Positions 17,050 to 25,915 of a stretch of DNA of 64,000 nt are shown here, piece after piece. The stretch's first letter is position 1; each line of letters starts with the position of its first letter. The position numbers were made by a program, and so were the translations under genes. The notes beneath the pieces were generated by a model that saw only the letters and a program-made list of their open reading frames with translations, ran no database searches and was not told the DNA's origin. The DNA comes from an uncultured Eubacteriales bacterium (GTDB lineage Bacteria > Bacillota > Clostridia > Oscillospirales > CAG-272). The stretch spans positions 76,058-140,057 of the forward strand of contig CAKROZ010000003.1 in the NCBI GenBank assembly GCA_934373635.1. Direction: 5' to 3'.

Positions 17050-19293
17050 TTAGACAAAGCATTCAATCGGCTTCCAAACATTTCGATTTGCAACATCTTC
17101 ATCCCAAGCAGTATTGGACAAATAGAGTTGTGTACCGACAGCGCGAACAAATCCCCATTTAATTTCCTGATGACGGCTCGCATACTCTTTTAACGCTTCA
17201 AATTTATGGCGCGCGTATTTGTCGATATTATTTGAATTCCCGTCGGCACTCAAACCGCCTTTCGCTTCGACAATCCATAGATACCCTGATTTTGTTTTCA
17301 TTATGTAATCAGGATAGAAATTGTTTCGTCTAAATCCTTTGCGAAATACAATACTGAAGAAGTCGTCACCTTTATCGCCGTTTTTGTAATAACAATCCAC
17401 GGCAGGATATGTCTCGCACCATCTTTCAAATTCTATTTCAGAGACCGTTCTATTTGGAGCAATCAATATATTATTGCCGTAGCCGACAAATACGTTTTTA
17501 TCGCAAACCGCAGTCGCAGCAATTTTCTTATGTTGTTTATAATATTGTTCACTCGGAATAAACCAGTCTGAAACAAGAATTTCCGTTTCTTCGATTTCCG
17601 CAATGCTGTCCTCGCTGATTTGGCTGAACACTTCTATCAAACGGTCTCTGTTATTTACCAAGAAGGCATTATACTCTTTCAAGCTTAATCCATCTATCAG
17701 TTTTTTATTCTGCTCATAATCCTGTTCCTCCTTCGAAAGGATATTCGTTTGTATATCCATAGGAGCGAACAAAATGCGTAAAGCATTGTTAGAAATATGC
17801 TCGTCGACACCGATAGCGCTTGCAATCCTTCTCTTTGCATCACGAATAATAAAACCATCGTCGTGGTTGTTTATCTGGTGTTCGCCGCTGAATTTTATAC
17901 TCAGTTTTGTCATATCGTGAGTCGTTCTCGCAACGCCTTCAAATGCCTCGGATTTCAACAATGTACCAAAAACATAGCCTTTAGTTCTTGCCATTTCGTT
18001 TTTATCGAGTTTCCCATTATGATCGATGTCGCATTCTTCAAGCATCCGATTTCGCACGACTTCGACAACAGCTTGCGGATTTACGGCAAAGCGATCACTT
18101 CCGTTGAGGCATTCTTTTTTGAGAACAAAAGAGGGTGCAGTTACTTTACGCTTATATTGATAGGTATAGAAAGAATCGCTTAAACTGCTCGTCAATCCCT
18201 CGTTAAATTCACTGTCGAGAGTATAAACATAGCAATTATCTATCAAACCGCAATCATAATGTTTGCGTTCGGGCATTCTACGGATTCTTCCGACAGTTTG
18301 AACGTTGAATCTTTCGGTACCGCCTTCACGAAGTTTTACAAGTATTTTGGCTCGAGGACAATCCCAACCGGTCGCAATTGCTTGCTTAAAAAGCAAGAAA
18401 GCATATTGTCCGTCAAGTTTTTTGATTTCCTCCGGATTATCCGGATGATCTCCACTAAACCAAGAAGTAACCAAGCCCGATGTCTCCGGATAGCCCAAAT
18501 CTTCCAACGCGCGCTTAACTCTTAAAATCCATTCGTCAGAGCCGTTAGGAAATTGAATGATAACAAGCGGACGGATTTTCAAACCGCGTCTATCATATTC
18601 CGCCTGTATTTCCACGCGTTTTTTATCTGCCAAATCAATAAGTAGCAAATCGTCATCGAGCCTGTTATTCTCTTGTATTGCTTTTGAAACACCTTCGTTA
18701 ATGGATATGCCCGCAGCAATCAAACCTGCCCCGATTACTTCATCGTCCGTAATAATCTCGTTGTGGTCACCTTTACTGATCGGTGTGGCGGAGATTCTTA
18801 ATACATGTTTCGGTTGAATGTTGCCGATATATTCGTTTGCGGTATCTTTATATTTATGTTCTTCGTCTATAAGCATAAAAATATCGATTGCGCTATTATG
18901 GCACGAAAGCACTTTGGCCATTAAATCTTTATGCTCACCTTCACGCAAAACCACGTTGGATTTTTTGTTGATTTTATCCCAGTTAATGAAGAAAACCTGT
19001 CCTCTCGGATCCGGTTCGGTAATAAAATCATATACATCGCCGTAGGAAATACCCGAAGTTAACTCTTTGAAACTGTCTGCCGATTGTTTATGAAGCCCGC
19101 CGGCTCCCGGACAAAGCCACAAAAATGCCGTATTTGGGTTTTCGTCGAGATAATCGTCAATAAATTTACTCACTAAAACGGTTTTACCGGCACCGGTAGG
19201 CGCGGAAAGTACAATTTCCTCATAATCCGCACATTTGCGAAGTAAGTTTTCTTCGTGCTTTGACTGAAAATCGTACAATTTACCTAAAAACAT
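17050..19293 (-). CDS. res: Type III-like restriction endonuclease subunit (SF2 helicase plus C-terminal PD-(D/E)xK nuclease)
   Basis: 747 aa. Helicase motifs are APTGAGKT (I), IDEEH (II), SATP (III), ATGWDCPRA (V) and QTVGRIRR (VI). The C-terminal segment PDYIM...IVEAKGG is nuclease-like. The start overlaps the mod stop (TAATG). Confidence 0.8.
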   Translation of the reverse strand: MFLGKLYDFQSKHEENLLRKCADYEEIVLSAPTGAGKTVLVSKFIDDYLDENPNTAFLWLCPGAGGLHKQSADSFKELTSGISYGDVYDFITEPDPRGQVFFINWDKINKKSNVVLREGEHKDLMAKVLSCHNSAIDIFMLIDEEHKYKDTANEYIGNIQPKHVLRISATPISKGDHNEIITDDEVIGAGLIAAGISINEGVSKAIQENNRLDDDLLLIDLADKKRVEIQAEYDRRGLKIRPLVIIQFPNGSDEWILRVKRALEDLGYPETSGLVTSWFSGDHPDNPEEIKKLDGQYAFLLFKQAIATGWDCPRAKILVKLREGGTERFNVQTVGRIRRMPERKHYDCGLIDNCYVYTLDSEFNEGLTSSLSDSFYTYQYKRKVTAPSFVLKKECLNGSDRFAVNPQAVVEVVRNRMLEECDIDHNGKLDKNEMARTKGYVFGTLLKSEAFEGVARTTHDMTKLSIKFSGEHQINNHDDGFIIRDAKRRIASAIGVDEHISNNALRILFAPMDIQTNILSKEEQDYEQNKKLIDGLSLKEYNAFLVNNRDRLIEVFSQISEDSIAEIEETEILVSDWFIPSEQYYKQHKKIAATAVCDKNVFVGYGNNILIAPNRTVSEIEFERWCETYPAVDCYYKNGDKGDDFFSIVFRKGFRRNNFYPDYIMKTKSGYLWIVEAKGGLSADGNSNNIDKYARHKFEALKEYASRHQEIKWGFVRAVGTQLYLSNTAWDEDVANRNVWKPIECFV

Positions 19294-21242
19294 TATTCCG
19301 ATGCCTCCCTTAATTCTTGTCCGAAGTATTCTCTCGGTATGTACTTAAAACTCTTTTGTGCGAGCAACCTCATTTCTTCCACCGACAACACCATATTTTG
19401 ATTGAGCCAAACATTTCTAATCTTCTTAAACGCTTCGGCATCCAGAATATGTTTGTTGAAATCGTCTCGGTTGAGGATAAGAACATTCTTCACGCCGTCA
19501 ACCTCTTGTGCCGTCTGCAATTCTATCATTTCCTTGATATGGAGGCAAAGCACGTTGCTTAACAGATAGTCCTCCGGCTTTCGCGGAGTCCAATCACATT
19601 TGAAATATTTTAAATTGGCAGGTATTCCTGCAACATGATTACCTTTTTTTGTAATACCAATGATTTTAAGTATATTATTTTCAATAACCCATTTTATCTC
19701 ATCATATTTTTCGTTGTTGGCGGAAATAATTTCTTCCGCATTTTCTATTGTTTTGTTTGTTTTTTTTAAGACGGTTGGAGTTATTTTTTGTTCAAAAAGA
19801 GTTTCTTTAACATCTTTATTATGTATAAATCCTTTGATTGCAGCGACTAAACGGGGATATGTAACTGACGATGCAATGCCATTTTCCTCGCAAAACTCTT
19901 TCCACTCATTAGAAGCAATATCAATTTTTCCGTGAGTAGCTTTGAATTCTTTTTCTTTCTTCTCTCCAACCTCATTATTCGTGCAAAGAATAAATCGGCG
20001 ATTTCCGCCAAGTTCGGCATTAAGCATCAATGTCGCATGTCCGGTTGTTCCGGAACCTGCAAAGAAGTCAACAATTATTGCATTCGGTCTGTATAAAGTT
20101 ACCGCGCGAAGACATTCATACGTATTATAGACCGATTTAGGGAATGAAAAGTCATTCTTTGGAACCATAGCGTTAATCAGTTGTGTTCCATATTCGTTTG
20201 AATCATATTTCTTGTCAACCCAAACAGTGCGGTAAGGAGCATAATTTTTACCTAATTCAACATCGTATATTCCATTTATTTTTTTAACTCTAAGAAGATG
20301 TTTGATATTTACAACAGAGTCAGTATTATATCGCCATTTACGTTCTGTTCCTTGAATGTCAATAGGGTAAATCGAAATAGTTCCATCATCATTAAACACA
20401 TTACGACTGGGATGAAAATCTAATTCGTGCGTCATATTAGGACCAAACCCGACTATCGTCCCATCGGGCGTGACATTAATGGCATAAAAGCAAGTGGCAG
20501 CATCCGTTCTCAAAGACTCATGACCATTGTCTCGCAAATCACGCCAATCAATGTCCTCCTCGGCAACAGAGCAATCTTCTATAACCTTATATCCTTTTTT
20601 ATAAACGAAAATTGCAAATTCATTTACATATGAAAAATTATCGCCCTGTACTCCGCGCGGGTTATGGACAATCGTAATAGGATCAATGGAATAATTTTGT
20701 CCGAACACATCTTCCAGCAATAACAGGGTCGTGCCCAATTCGTTTTCATCTATAGCACAAATCAGCACTCCATCATCTTTTAATAGTTTCTTCGCAAGCA
20801 CAAGTCTTACATTCATCATACTAAGCCATTTGCTATGACGATAAACATCTTTTTTATCCACATAATTATTATTGTATTTCCAGTCTTTTGCACCCGTATT
20901 ATAGGGAGGATCAATATAAATGCAATCCACATTTCCCTTATGTGTTTTTTCAAGAAGGTAAAGCGATTGTAAATTGTCCCCCTCTAAAATAAAGTTGTAC
21001 GGCAATTCGGTTTTTTCTGAAAGACAACGTGATTTATCTTCCGTAAATACAGGAATATTTGATTTCAATATTTCATCGACTTGTTCCGTATGTTCTTCCC
21101 AAACAAGCCCAAACTTTTTATCTGTTAAAAAATTCTCTATCTCGTTGAATGCACGGATAGAGTCATCGTCACTATGTGTTTTTTTCAATTCAGCTAAAAA
21201 TGTTAGCATTCGCTCTCTTTTTTTCTTTGAAATATTTCCCAT
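19293..21242 (-). CDS. mod: Type III-like N6-adenine (beta-class) DNA methyltransferase subunit
   Basis: 649 aa. Motif IV (IYIDPPYNTG, about aa 100) precedes motif I (DFFAGSGTTGHA, about aa 395), with a variable region between them. Confidence 0.85.
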   Translation of the reverse strand: MGNISKKKRERMLTFLAELKKTHSDDDSIRAFNEIENFLTDKKFGLVWEEHTEQVDEILKSNIPVFTEDKSRCLSEKTELPYNFILEGDNLQSLYLLEKTHKGNVDCIYIDPPYNTGAKDWKYNNNYVDKKDVYRHSKWLSMMNVRLVLAKKLLKDDGVLICAIDENELGTTLLLLEDVFGQNYSIDPITIVHNPRGVQGDNFSYVNEFAIFVYKKGYKVIEDCSVAEEDIDWRDLRDNGHESLRTDAATCFYAINVTPDGTIVGFGPNMTHELDFHPSRNVFNDDGTISIYPIDIQGTERKWRYNTDSVVNIKHLLRVKKINGIYDVELGKNYAPYRTVWVDKKYDSNEYGTQLINAMVPKNDFSFPKSVYNTYECLRAVTLYRPNAIIVDFFAGSGTTGHATLMLNAELGGNRRFILCTNNEVGEKKEKEFKATHGKIDIASNEWKEFCEENGIASSVTYPRLVAAIKGFIHNKDVKETLFEQKITPTVLKKTNKTIENAEEIISANNEKYDEIKWVIENNILKIIGITKKGNHVAGIPANLKYFKCDWTPRKPEDYLLSNVLCLHIKEMIELQTAQEVDGVKNVLILNRDDFNKHILDAEAFKKIRNVWLNQNMVLSVEEMRLLAQKSFKYIPREYFGQELREASE

Positions 21243-21318
21243 TATTTACTCCCTAACCGATTATTTTATAATTCTTTATGTCTTTTTATCAATCACTCAA
21301 ACCCTGTCAGCATAAATC

Positions 21319-21347
21319 ATTATATCACAAGAAATTGGCTTTTTCAA
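21319..21347 (-). promoter_or_regulatory. promoter of mod-res with extended -10
   Basis: Minus strand: TTGAAA, 17-nt spacer, TATAAT, with TG one nucleotide upstream of the -10 element. It implies a leader of about 70 nt and an AGGGAG RBS. Confidence 0.55.
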
Positions 21348-21374
21348 CACTTTCATTGCAAAAGCACAAAAACG

Positions 21375-21408
21375 AGGGGCTCGTGCTTATGCGACAGCCC
21401 CTTTTTTT
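21375..21408. terminator. terminator hairpin at the right islet border, downstream of the topoisomerase subunit A gene
   Basis: Hairpin AGGGGCTCGTGC-ttat-GCGACAGCCCCT with T7 on the plus strand and a T-rich run on the minus strand. The 3' arm carries the ATGCGACAGCC motif. Confidence 0.55.
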
Positions 21409-21471
21409 GATTCTTGCAGGAATCATACTTTCTTTTCCTTTGCACCGATGGCATCAAACAAAAAGAAGATG

Positions 21472-23694
21472 TCAGACATCAAGTTTCAGCTTCCCGTAGG
21501 CGACGCCGCTCGCGGGGACGACGAGCTTTTTACACTTTTGCGCGTTCTCGCCGAGGTCGTCGATGCGCGTCGTGGCGAAGTCTGCTTTCGCCTTCTTCGT
21601 GAGCTGTATGAGCTGCGTACCGCCTGCGGTACGCGTGGTCATTTCGGTCACGAGGGTGCTCTTGATGAGAATTCCCTTTCCGTTATCCGCCTTGATAAAG
21701 ATGGTGAGGGGTGTTTTCTTTTTCTCATAGAAGGCGGCAATCGGGCGGGAGGTCGCGCTGAAGGCGCCCGAGATCTTCTTCCGTCTTGTCTTCGCCTCAT
21801 ATGCCGACATGGGGACCTTTACGCCCTTGCCGTTCTCGAAGAGATAGATCATCTTATCCTCGGGAACGATGTCATAGATCATCTGTGCGCCGACGACGTG
21901 CTCGTCATCCTCCATCGACAGCTTTGCGGGGACGTAATCGCCCATCTGCGACGCCTTCGTCAGGTCGAAGTCGGCGACGCGGGCGCGGTAGATCTGCCCC
22001 TTGTCGGTGAAGAACAGGACATCGCCGCGGTTGTCGGTATCCTCCTCATAGATGATGAAGTCACCTTCCTTGAGCTTATGCTCTTCTGCGGCTCTTGCGG
22101 ACTGCACCGAGAGCTTCTTGAAGTAGCCGCCGCGGGTGAGGACGAGGCGGCAATTGTAATTTTCGAAGAAGAGGTCTTCTTTCGTGACGGCGCTCCCTTC
22201 TCCCTTCTCGGCGATCTGCGTTTTTCTCGGCTTGCCGTACTTCTTCTTGATCTCTTGGAGTTGGGCGATGATGCGCGCCTTCAATTTGATCTCGTCCTTC
22301 AAGGTCGCTTTCAGCTCTTCGATCTCCTTTTGCAGACTCTCAATCTCCTGCACGCGGTTGATGATATACTGACGGTTGAGGTTACGCAATTTGATCTCGG
22401 CGATATACTCCGCCTGCTTTGTCGACAGGTGGAAGCCCTCGGCGAGGTTCGGCACGACGTCCTCTTCCTTCTCCGTACTGCGGATGATGCGGATCGCCTT
22501 ATCGATATCGAGCAGGATCGCGGCAAGTCCGAGGAGAAGATGAAGTTTATCTTCCTTCTTTTCCAGTTCGAATTTCAGCTCGCGGGTCAGGCAACCGACG
22601 CGGAAGCGGATCCACTCGGTGAGGATCTCCTTGACGCCGAGCTGCATCGGCGTTCCGCCGACGAGGATATTGAAGTTGCAATCAAAATTGTTCTCAAGCT
22701 CGGTCGCGGCAAAGAGCTTTTGCATGACGACATCGGGATCGGCGTCTTTTTTCAGATCGAAGGTGAGCTTGAAGCCGTTCAGGTCGATGGCGTCGCGGAC
22801 GTCGGTCACCTCGCGGAGCTTCCCCGCTTTGATCATGTCCGCCGATTTTTTCATAATGGATTCGATGCAGGAGCTATACGGGATCTCGAGGATGTCGATG
22901 AAATGCTCCTTGCGATTGATCTCATATTTTGCGCGCATACGGAAGCTTCCGACGCCTGTCTCGTAGATCTTGCGCATCTGATCTCTGTCATAGAGGATCT
23001 CGGCGCCGCCCGGGAAATCGGGCGCCTTGATGATATCGAGAAGGCGGTCGATGCTCGTGTTCGGATTTTTTAATAGGGCGACCGTACCGTCGCAGATCTC
23101 GGCAAGGTTGAAGGAACAGATCGAGCACGCCATACCGACGGCGATACCGAGGTTCGGCGAGACGAGAATGTTCGGGAAGGTCGTCGGCAGAAGCGTCGGC
23201 TCCTTCGTGGTATTGTCATAGTTCGGCACGAAGTCGACGGCGTTTTTATCGATCCCCGAGAAAAGCTCGTTACAGAACGGATCGAGCTTTGCCTCCGTAT
23301 AACGTGAGGCGGCATACGCCATATCGCGGGAATACTGCTTACCGAAGGAGCCTTTGGAATCGATGAACGGATGTAGCAATGCCTCGTTACCGCGCGTCAG
23401 ACGCACCATCGTCTCATAGATGGAGGAATCGCCGTGCGGATTCAAGTGCATGGTCTGTCCGACGATATTCGCACTTTTCACTTTCTGCCCGGACATAAGT
23501 CCCATTTTATACATAGTATAGAGGAGTTTTCTATGTGCGGGCTTGAAGCCGTCGATCTCGGGAAGCGCGCGAGAGATGATAACGCTCATCGCGTAGGGCA
23601 TATAGTTCTTCTCGAGCGTCTCGGTGATCGGCTGGAGGGTCGGCGCCGCTTCGTTCAGTTTATAGTCTTCTTCGGTGGTTTTCTTTTTTGCCAT
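21472..23694 (-). CDS. type IIA topoisomerase subunit A (ParC/GyrA family)
   Basis: 740 aa. Sequence includes YMPYAMSVIISRALPEIDGFKPAHRKLLY, HPHGD-like NPHGDSS, and the catalytic-Tyr context AASRYTEAKL. No subunit B gene is adjacent. Confidence 0.85.
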   Translation of the reverse strand: MAKKKTTEEDYKLNEAAPTLQPITETLEKNYMPYAMSVIISRALPEIDGFKPAHRKLLYTMYKMGLMSGQKVKSANIVGQTMHLNPHGDSSIYETMVRLTRGNEALLHPFIDSKGSFGKQYSRDMAYAASRYTEAKLDPFCNELFSGIDKNAVDFVPNYDNTTKEPTLLPTTFPNILVSPNLGIAVGMACSICSFNLAEICDGTVALLKNPNTSIDRLLDIIKAPDFPGGAEILYDRDQMRKIYETGVGSFRMRAKYEINRKEHFIDILEIPYSSCIESIMKKSADMIKAGKLREVTDVRDAIDLNGFKLTFDLKKDADPDVVMQKLFAATELENNFDCNFNILVGGTPMQLGVKEILTEWIRFRVGCLTRELKFELEKKEDKLHLLLGLAAILLDIDKAIRIIRSTEKEEDVVPNLAEGFHLSTKQAEYIAEIKLRNLNRQYIINRVQEIESLQKEIEELKATLKDEIKLKARIIAQLQEIKKKYGKPRKTQIAEKGEGSAVTKEDLFFENYNCRLVLTRGGYFKKLSVQSARAAEEHKLKEGDFIIYEEDTDNRGDVLFFTDKGQIYRARVADFDLTKASQMGDYVPAKLSMEDDEHVVGAQMIYDIVPEDKMIYLFENGKGVKVPMSAYEAKTRRKKISGAFSATSRPIAAFYEKKKTPLTIFIKADNGKGILIKSTLVTEMTTRTAGGTQLIQLTKKAKADFATTRIDDLGENAQKCKKLVVPASGVAYGKLKLDV

Positions 23695-23743
23695 GACTTG
23701 TCCTTTTCTCGGAGTTTTGTTCTTTGCTTCGGATATGCGGCGA

Positions 23744-24790
23744 TCAGAGCTTCACGATCTGATGCGCCGCGGCGCGGATCATTCGGTTATATAAGGCGAG
23801 CCCGACGCCGCTCGCGGGCGGCAGGGGGGCATAGATGGCATCGTAATTTTTCTTATCCGCCTCTCGGAGGAGATAAAAGAGGCGATGCGCCTGCGACAGC
23901 TCGTCCGAGCGGGCGCCGAAGTCGTAGAGATCGGCATCAGGAAGCGTCTCGCGGAGGGATGCGAGATCCTCACTGTACGCTATGACGGCGAGCTTCCATT
24001 TTCTGTCCGCAAGATAACGGGCGACGGCATCCCGTGCTCCGTCGAGCAAAAACACGGGGCACTTCGGCGCGTAGTGGCGGTATTTCATTCCCGGAGAAAG
24101 AGCGACTTCCCCTTCCTTCAATTGCTCGGTCACGGCGCCCGCGATATGCACTGTGGGAACGACCGCGGAAAGCTCCTCGGGTGTGATCCTTCCCGGTCGG
24201 AGAAGGGTCAGAGAGCCATCGTCCTCGATCTTCACGATGGTGGATTCGAGTCCGAATTCCGAGGCTCCTCCGTCGATGATCATATCGACGCGCCCGCGCA
24301 TGTCGTCAATGACGTGGGCGGCGCTCGTCGGTGAGGGACTGCCCGAAAGGTTCGCCGACGGGGCGGCGATCGGCACGCCCGAAAGCTCGATCAGGCGATG
24401 CGCCACGGGGTGAGAGGGACACCTGACGGCGACCGTATCGAGTCCGCCGCGCGTCGTCTTCGGGATATTGTCGCGGGAGCGGAGAATGACGGTCAGGGGT
24501 CCCGGCATGAATGCCGCGGCAAGCTTATCGTAGATCGGAGTGGTATACGTATAGGTCGCCGCGTCCTCGGGTCTTGCAATATGGATGATCAGGGGGTTAT
24601 CGGACGGTCTGCCCTTCGCGGCATAGATCTTTGCCGCGGCGGGAGCACTCGTCGCGTCCGCACCGAGTCCGTACACCGTCTCGGTGGGAAAAACGACCAG
24701 CCCGCCGCCGCGGATCACGGCGGCGGCGCGGACAAGATCGGCATCGGCGCGCGCGTCCAAGGGGACGGCGCGGATCAGTTCGGTTTCCAT
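23744..24790 (-). CDS. tsaC: L-threonylcarbamoyladenylate synthase (Sua5/YwlC type with C-terminal Sua5 domain)
   Basis: 348 aa. Sequence includes VFPTETVYGLGADA, KGRPSDNPLI and SANLSG. Confidence 0.9.
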   Translation of the reverse strand: METELIRAVPLDARADADLVRAAAVIRGGGLVVFPTETVYGLGADATSAPAAAKIYAAKGRPSDNPLIIHIARPEDAATYTYTTPIYDKLAAAFMPGPLTVILRSRDNIPKTTRGGLDTVAVRCPSHPVAHRLIELSGVPIAAPSANLSGSPSPTSAAHVIDDMRGRVDMIIDGGASEFGLESTIVKIEDDGSLTLLRPGRITPEELSAVVPTVHIAGAVTEQLKEGEVALSPGMKYRHYAPKCPVFLLDGARDAVARYLADRKWKLAVIAYSEDLASLRETLPDADLYDFGARSDELSQAHRLFYLLREADKKNYDAIYAPLPPASGVGLALYNRMIRAAAHQIVKL

Positions 24791-24798
24791 GGATAGGC

Positions 24799-25869
24799 TT
24801 ACTCCTCACCCTTCAGTTTTTCCGCCGTTTCGACCGCGGTCAGCTCCTCGACGAGAGGATCGATCCCGCCGTTCATCACGTCATCGAGCGTATAGAGCGT
24901 GCGGTTGATCCGATGGTCGGTCACGCGCGACTGCGGAAAATTGTAGGTGCGTATTTTTTCGCTTCGGTCACCGCTGCCGACCTGACTCTTTCGGGTGGCG
25001 GCAATGCCCTCCGTTTGTTCTCTTTGTTTGATGTCATAGAGCTTGGTTTTCAGAACGTGGAGCGCGCGCTCTTTATTCTGAAGCTGACTGCGTTCGCCGT
25101 CACATTCGACGACGATGCCGCTCGGCTTATGGATCAGGCGAACGGCGGATTCGGTCTTGTTGATGTGCTGACCGCCCGCTCCGCTCGATTTACAGGTCTC
25201 GAAGCGGATGTCCTGCGGCAGGATCTCCACCTCGATGTCCTCCGCCTCGGGCAATACGGCGACGGTGACGGTCGAGGTCTGGATCCTTCCGTTCGACTCG
25301 GTGACGGGGATCCTCTGGACACGGTGAACGCCGCTCTCGTATTTGAAAGCGGCGTATGCGCCCTGTCCGATGACCGAAAAGGTGATCTCCTTCAAGCCGC
25401 CGAGCCCCGTCTCGGAGAGGTTCAGCACCTCGATGCGGAAGCCGCGGCGTGCGGCATACATCGAGTACATGCGATAGAGATCGGCGGCAAAGAGCGCCGC
25501 CTCTTCCCCACCCGCGGCGGGACGGATCTCGACGATAACGTTTTTCGTATCGGAAGGATCCTTCGGGATAAGGAGGACGCGAAGCTCGTCAAAGAGGCGG
25601 CGCTCCTCCTTTTTCATGGTGAGATATTCTTCCTCCGCGAGTGCGCGAAGCTCGGGCTCGGCGTCCTCCGCATGCATCAGCTCCTCCGCCTCGTCTCTTG
25701 CCTTTACGGTCTCTTTATACTCGCGGTACTTCCCGACGATCGGGGAAAGCGCGCTGTACTCCTTCGAAAGGTCGCGGTAACGGGCGGCATCGCTCACCGC
25801 ATCGGGCGCCGACAAGAGGCGCTCCACCTCGCGGAAGCGGTCATTTGCTTTTTCGAGTTTCTCTAACAT
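24799..25869 (-). CDS. prfA: peptide chain release factor 1
   Basis: 356 aa. It has the GGQ loop SGAGGQHINKTESAVRL and a PxT-type decoding region. Confidence 0.95.
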   Translation of the reverse strand: MLEKLEKANDRFREVERLLSAPDAVSDAARYRDLSKEYSALSPIVGKYREYKETVKARDEAEELMHAEDAEPELRALAEEEYLTMKKEERRLFDELRVLLIPKDPSDTKNVIVEIRPAAGGEEAALFAADLYRMYSMYAARRGFRIEVLNLSETGLGGLKEITFSVIGQGAYAAFKYESGVHRVQRIPVTESNGRIQTSTVTVAVLPEAEDIEVEILPQDIRFETCKSSGAGGQHINKTESAVRLIHKPSGIVVECDGERSQLQNKERALHVLKTKLYDIKQREQTEGIAATRKSQVGSGDRSEKIRTYNFPQSRVTDHRINRTLYTLDDVMNGGIDPLVEELTAVETAEKLKGEE

Positions 25870-25915
25870 TTCGGGCTTTGCTCCTTCTCCGTTTGGTCAA
25901 ATCGGGAGAAGTGGG

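Larger units (their letters stand above)
16930..21370. other. low-GC genomic islet (probable horizontal acquisition) carrying mod-res
   Basis: A hand count of 19681-19740 gives 20/60 G+C. Flanking lines give about 52-65%. The compositional change coincides with terminator hairpins on both sides. Confidence 0.65.

Noticed and set aside
20854-20862. A perfect DnaA box (TTATCCACA) inside the mod gene.
   Set aside because: It is a single isolated box inside an AT-rich coding region with no cluster, so it is expected by chance.
21218-21224. A homopolymeric A7 tract (T7 on the plus strand) in codons 6-8 of mod as a phase-variation switch.
   Set aside because: Seven nucleotides is shorter than the tracts usually associated with slipped-strand phase variation. 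It simply encodes Lys-Lys. No other simple-sequence repeat was seen in mod.
16930-21370. Calling the RM islet a mobile element (IS, transposon or integrative element).
   Set aside because: No recombinase gene, terminal inverted repeats or target-site duplication could be found by eye. Only composition and context indicate foreign origin.
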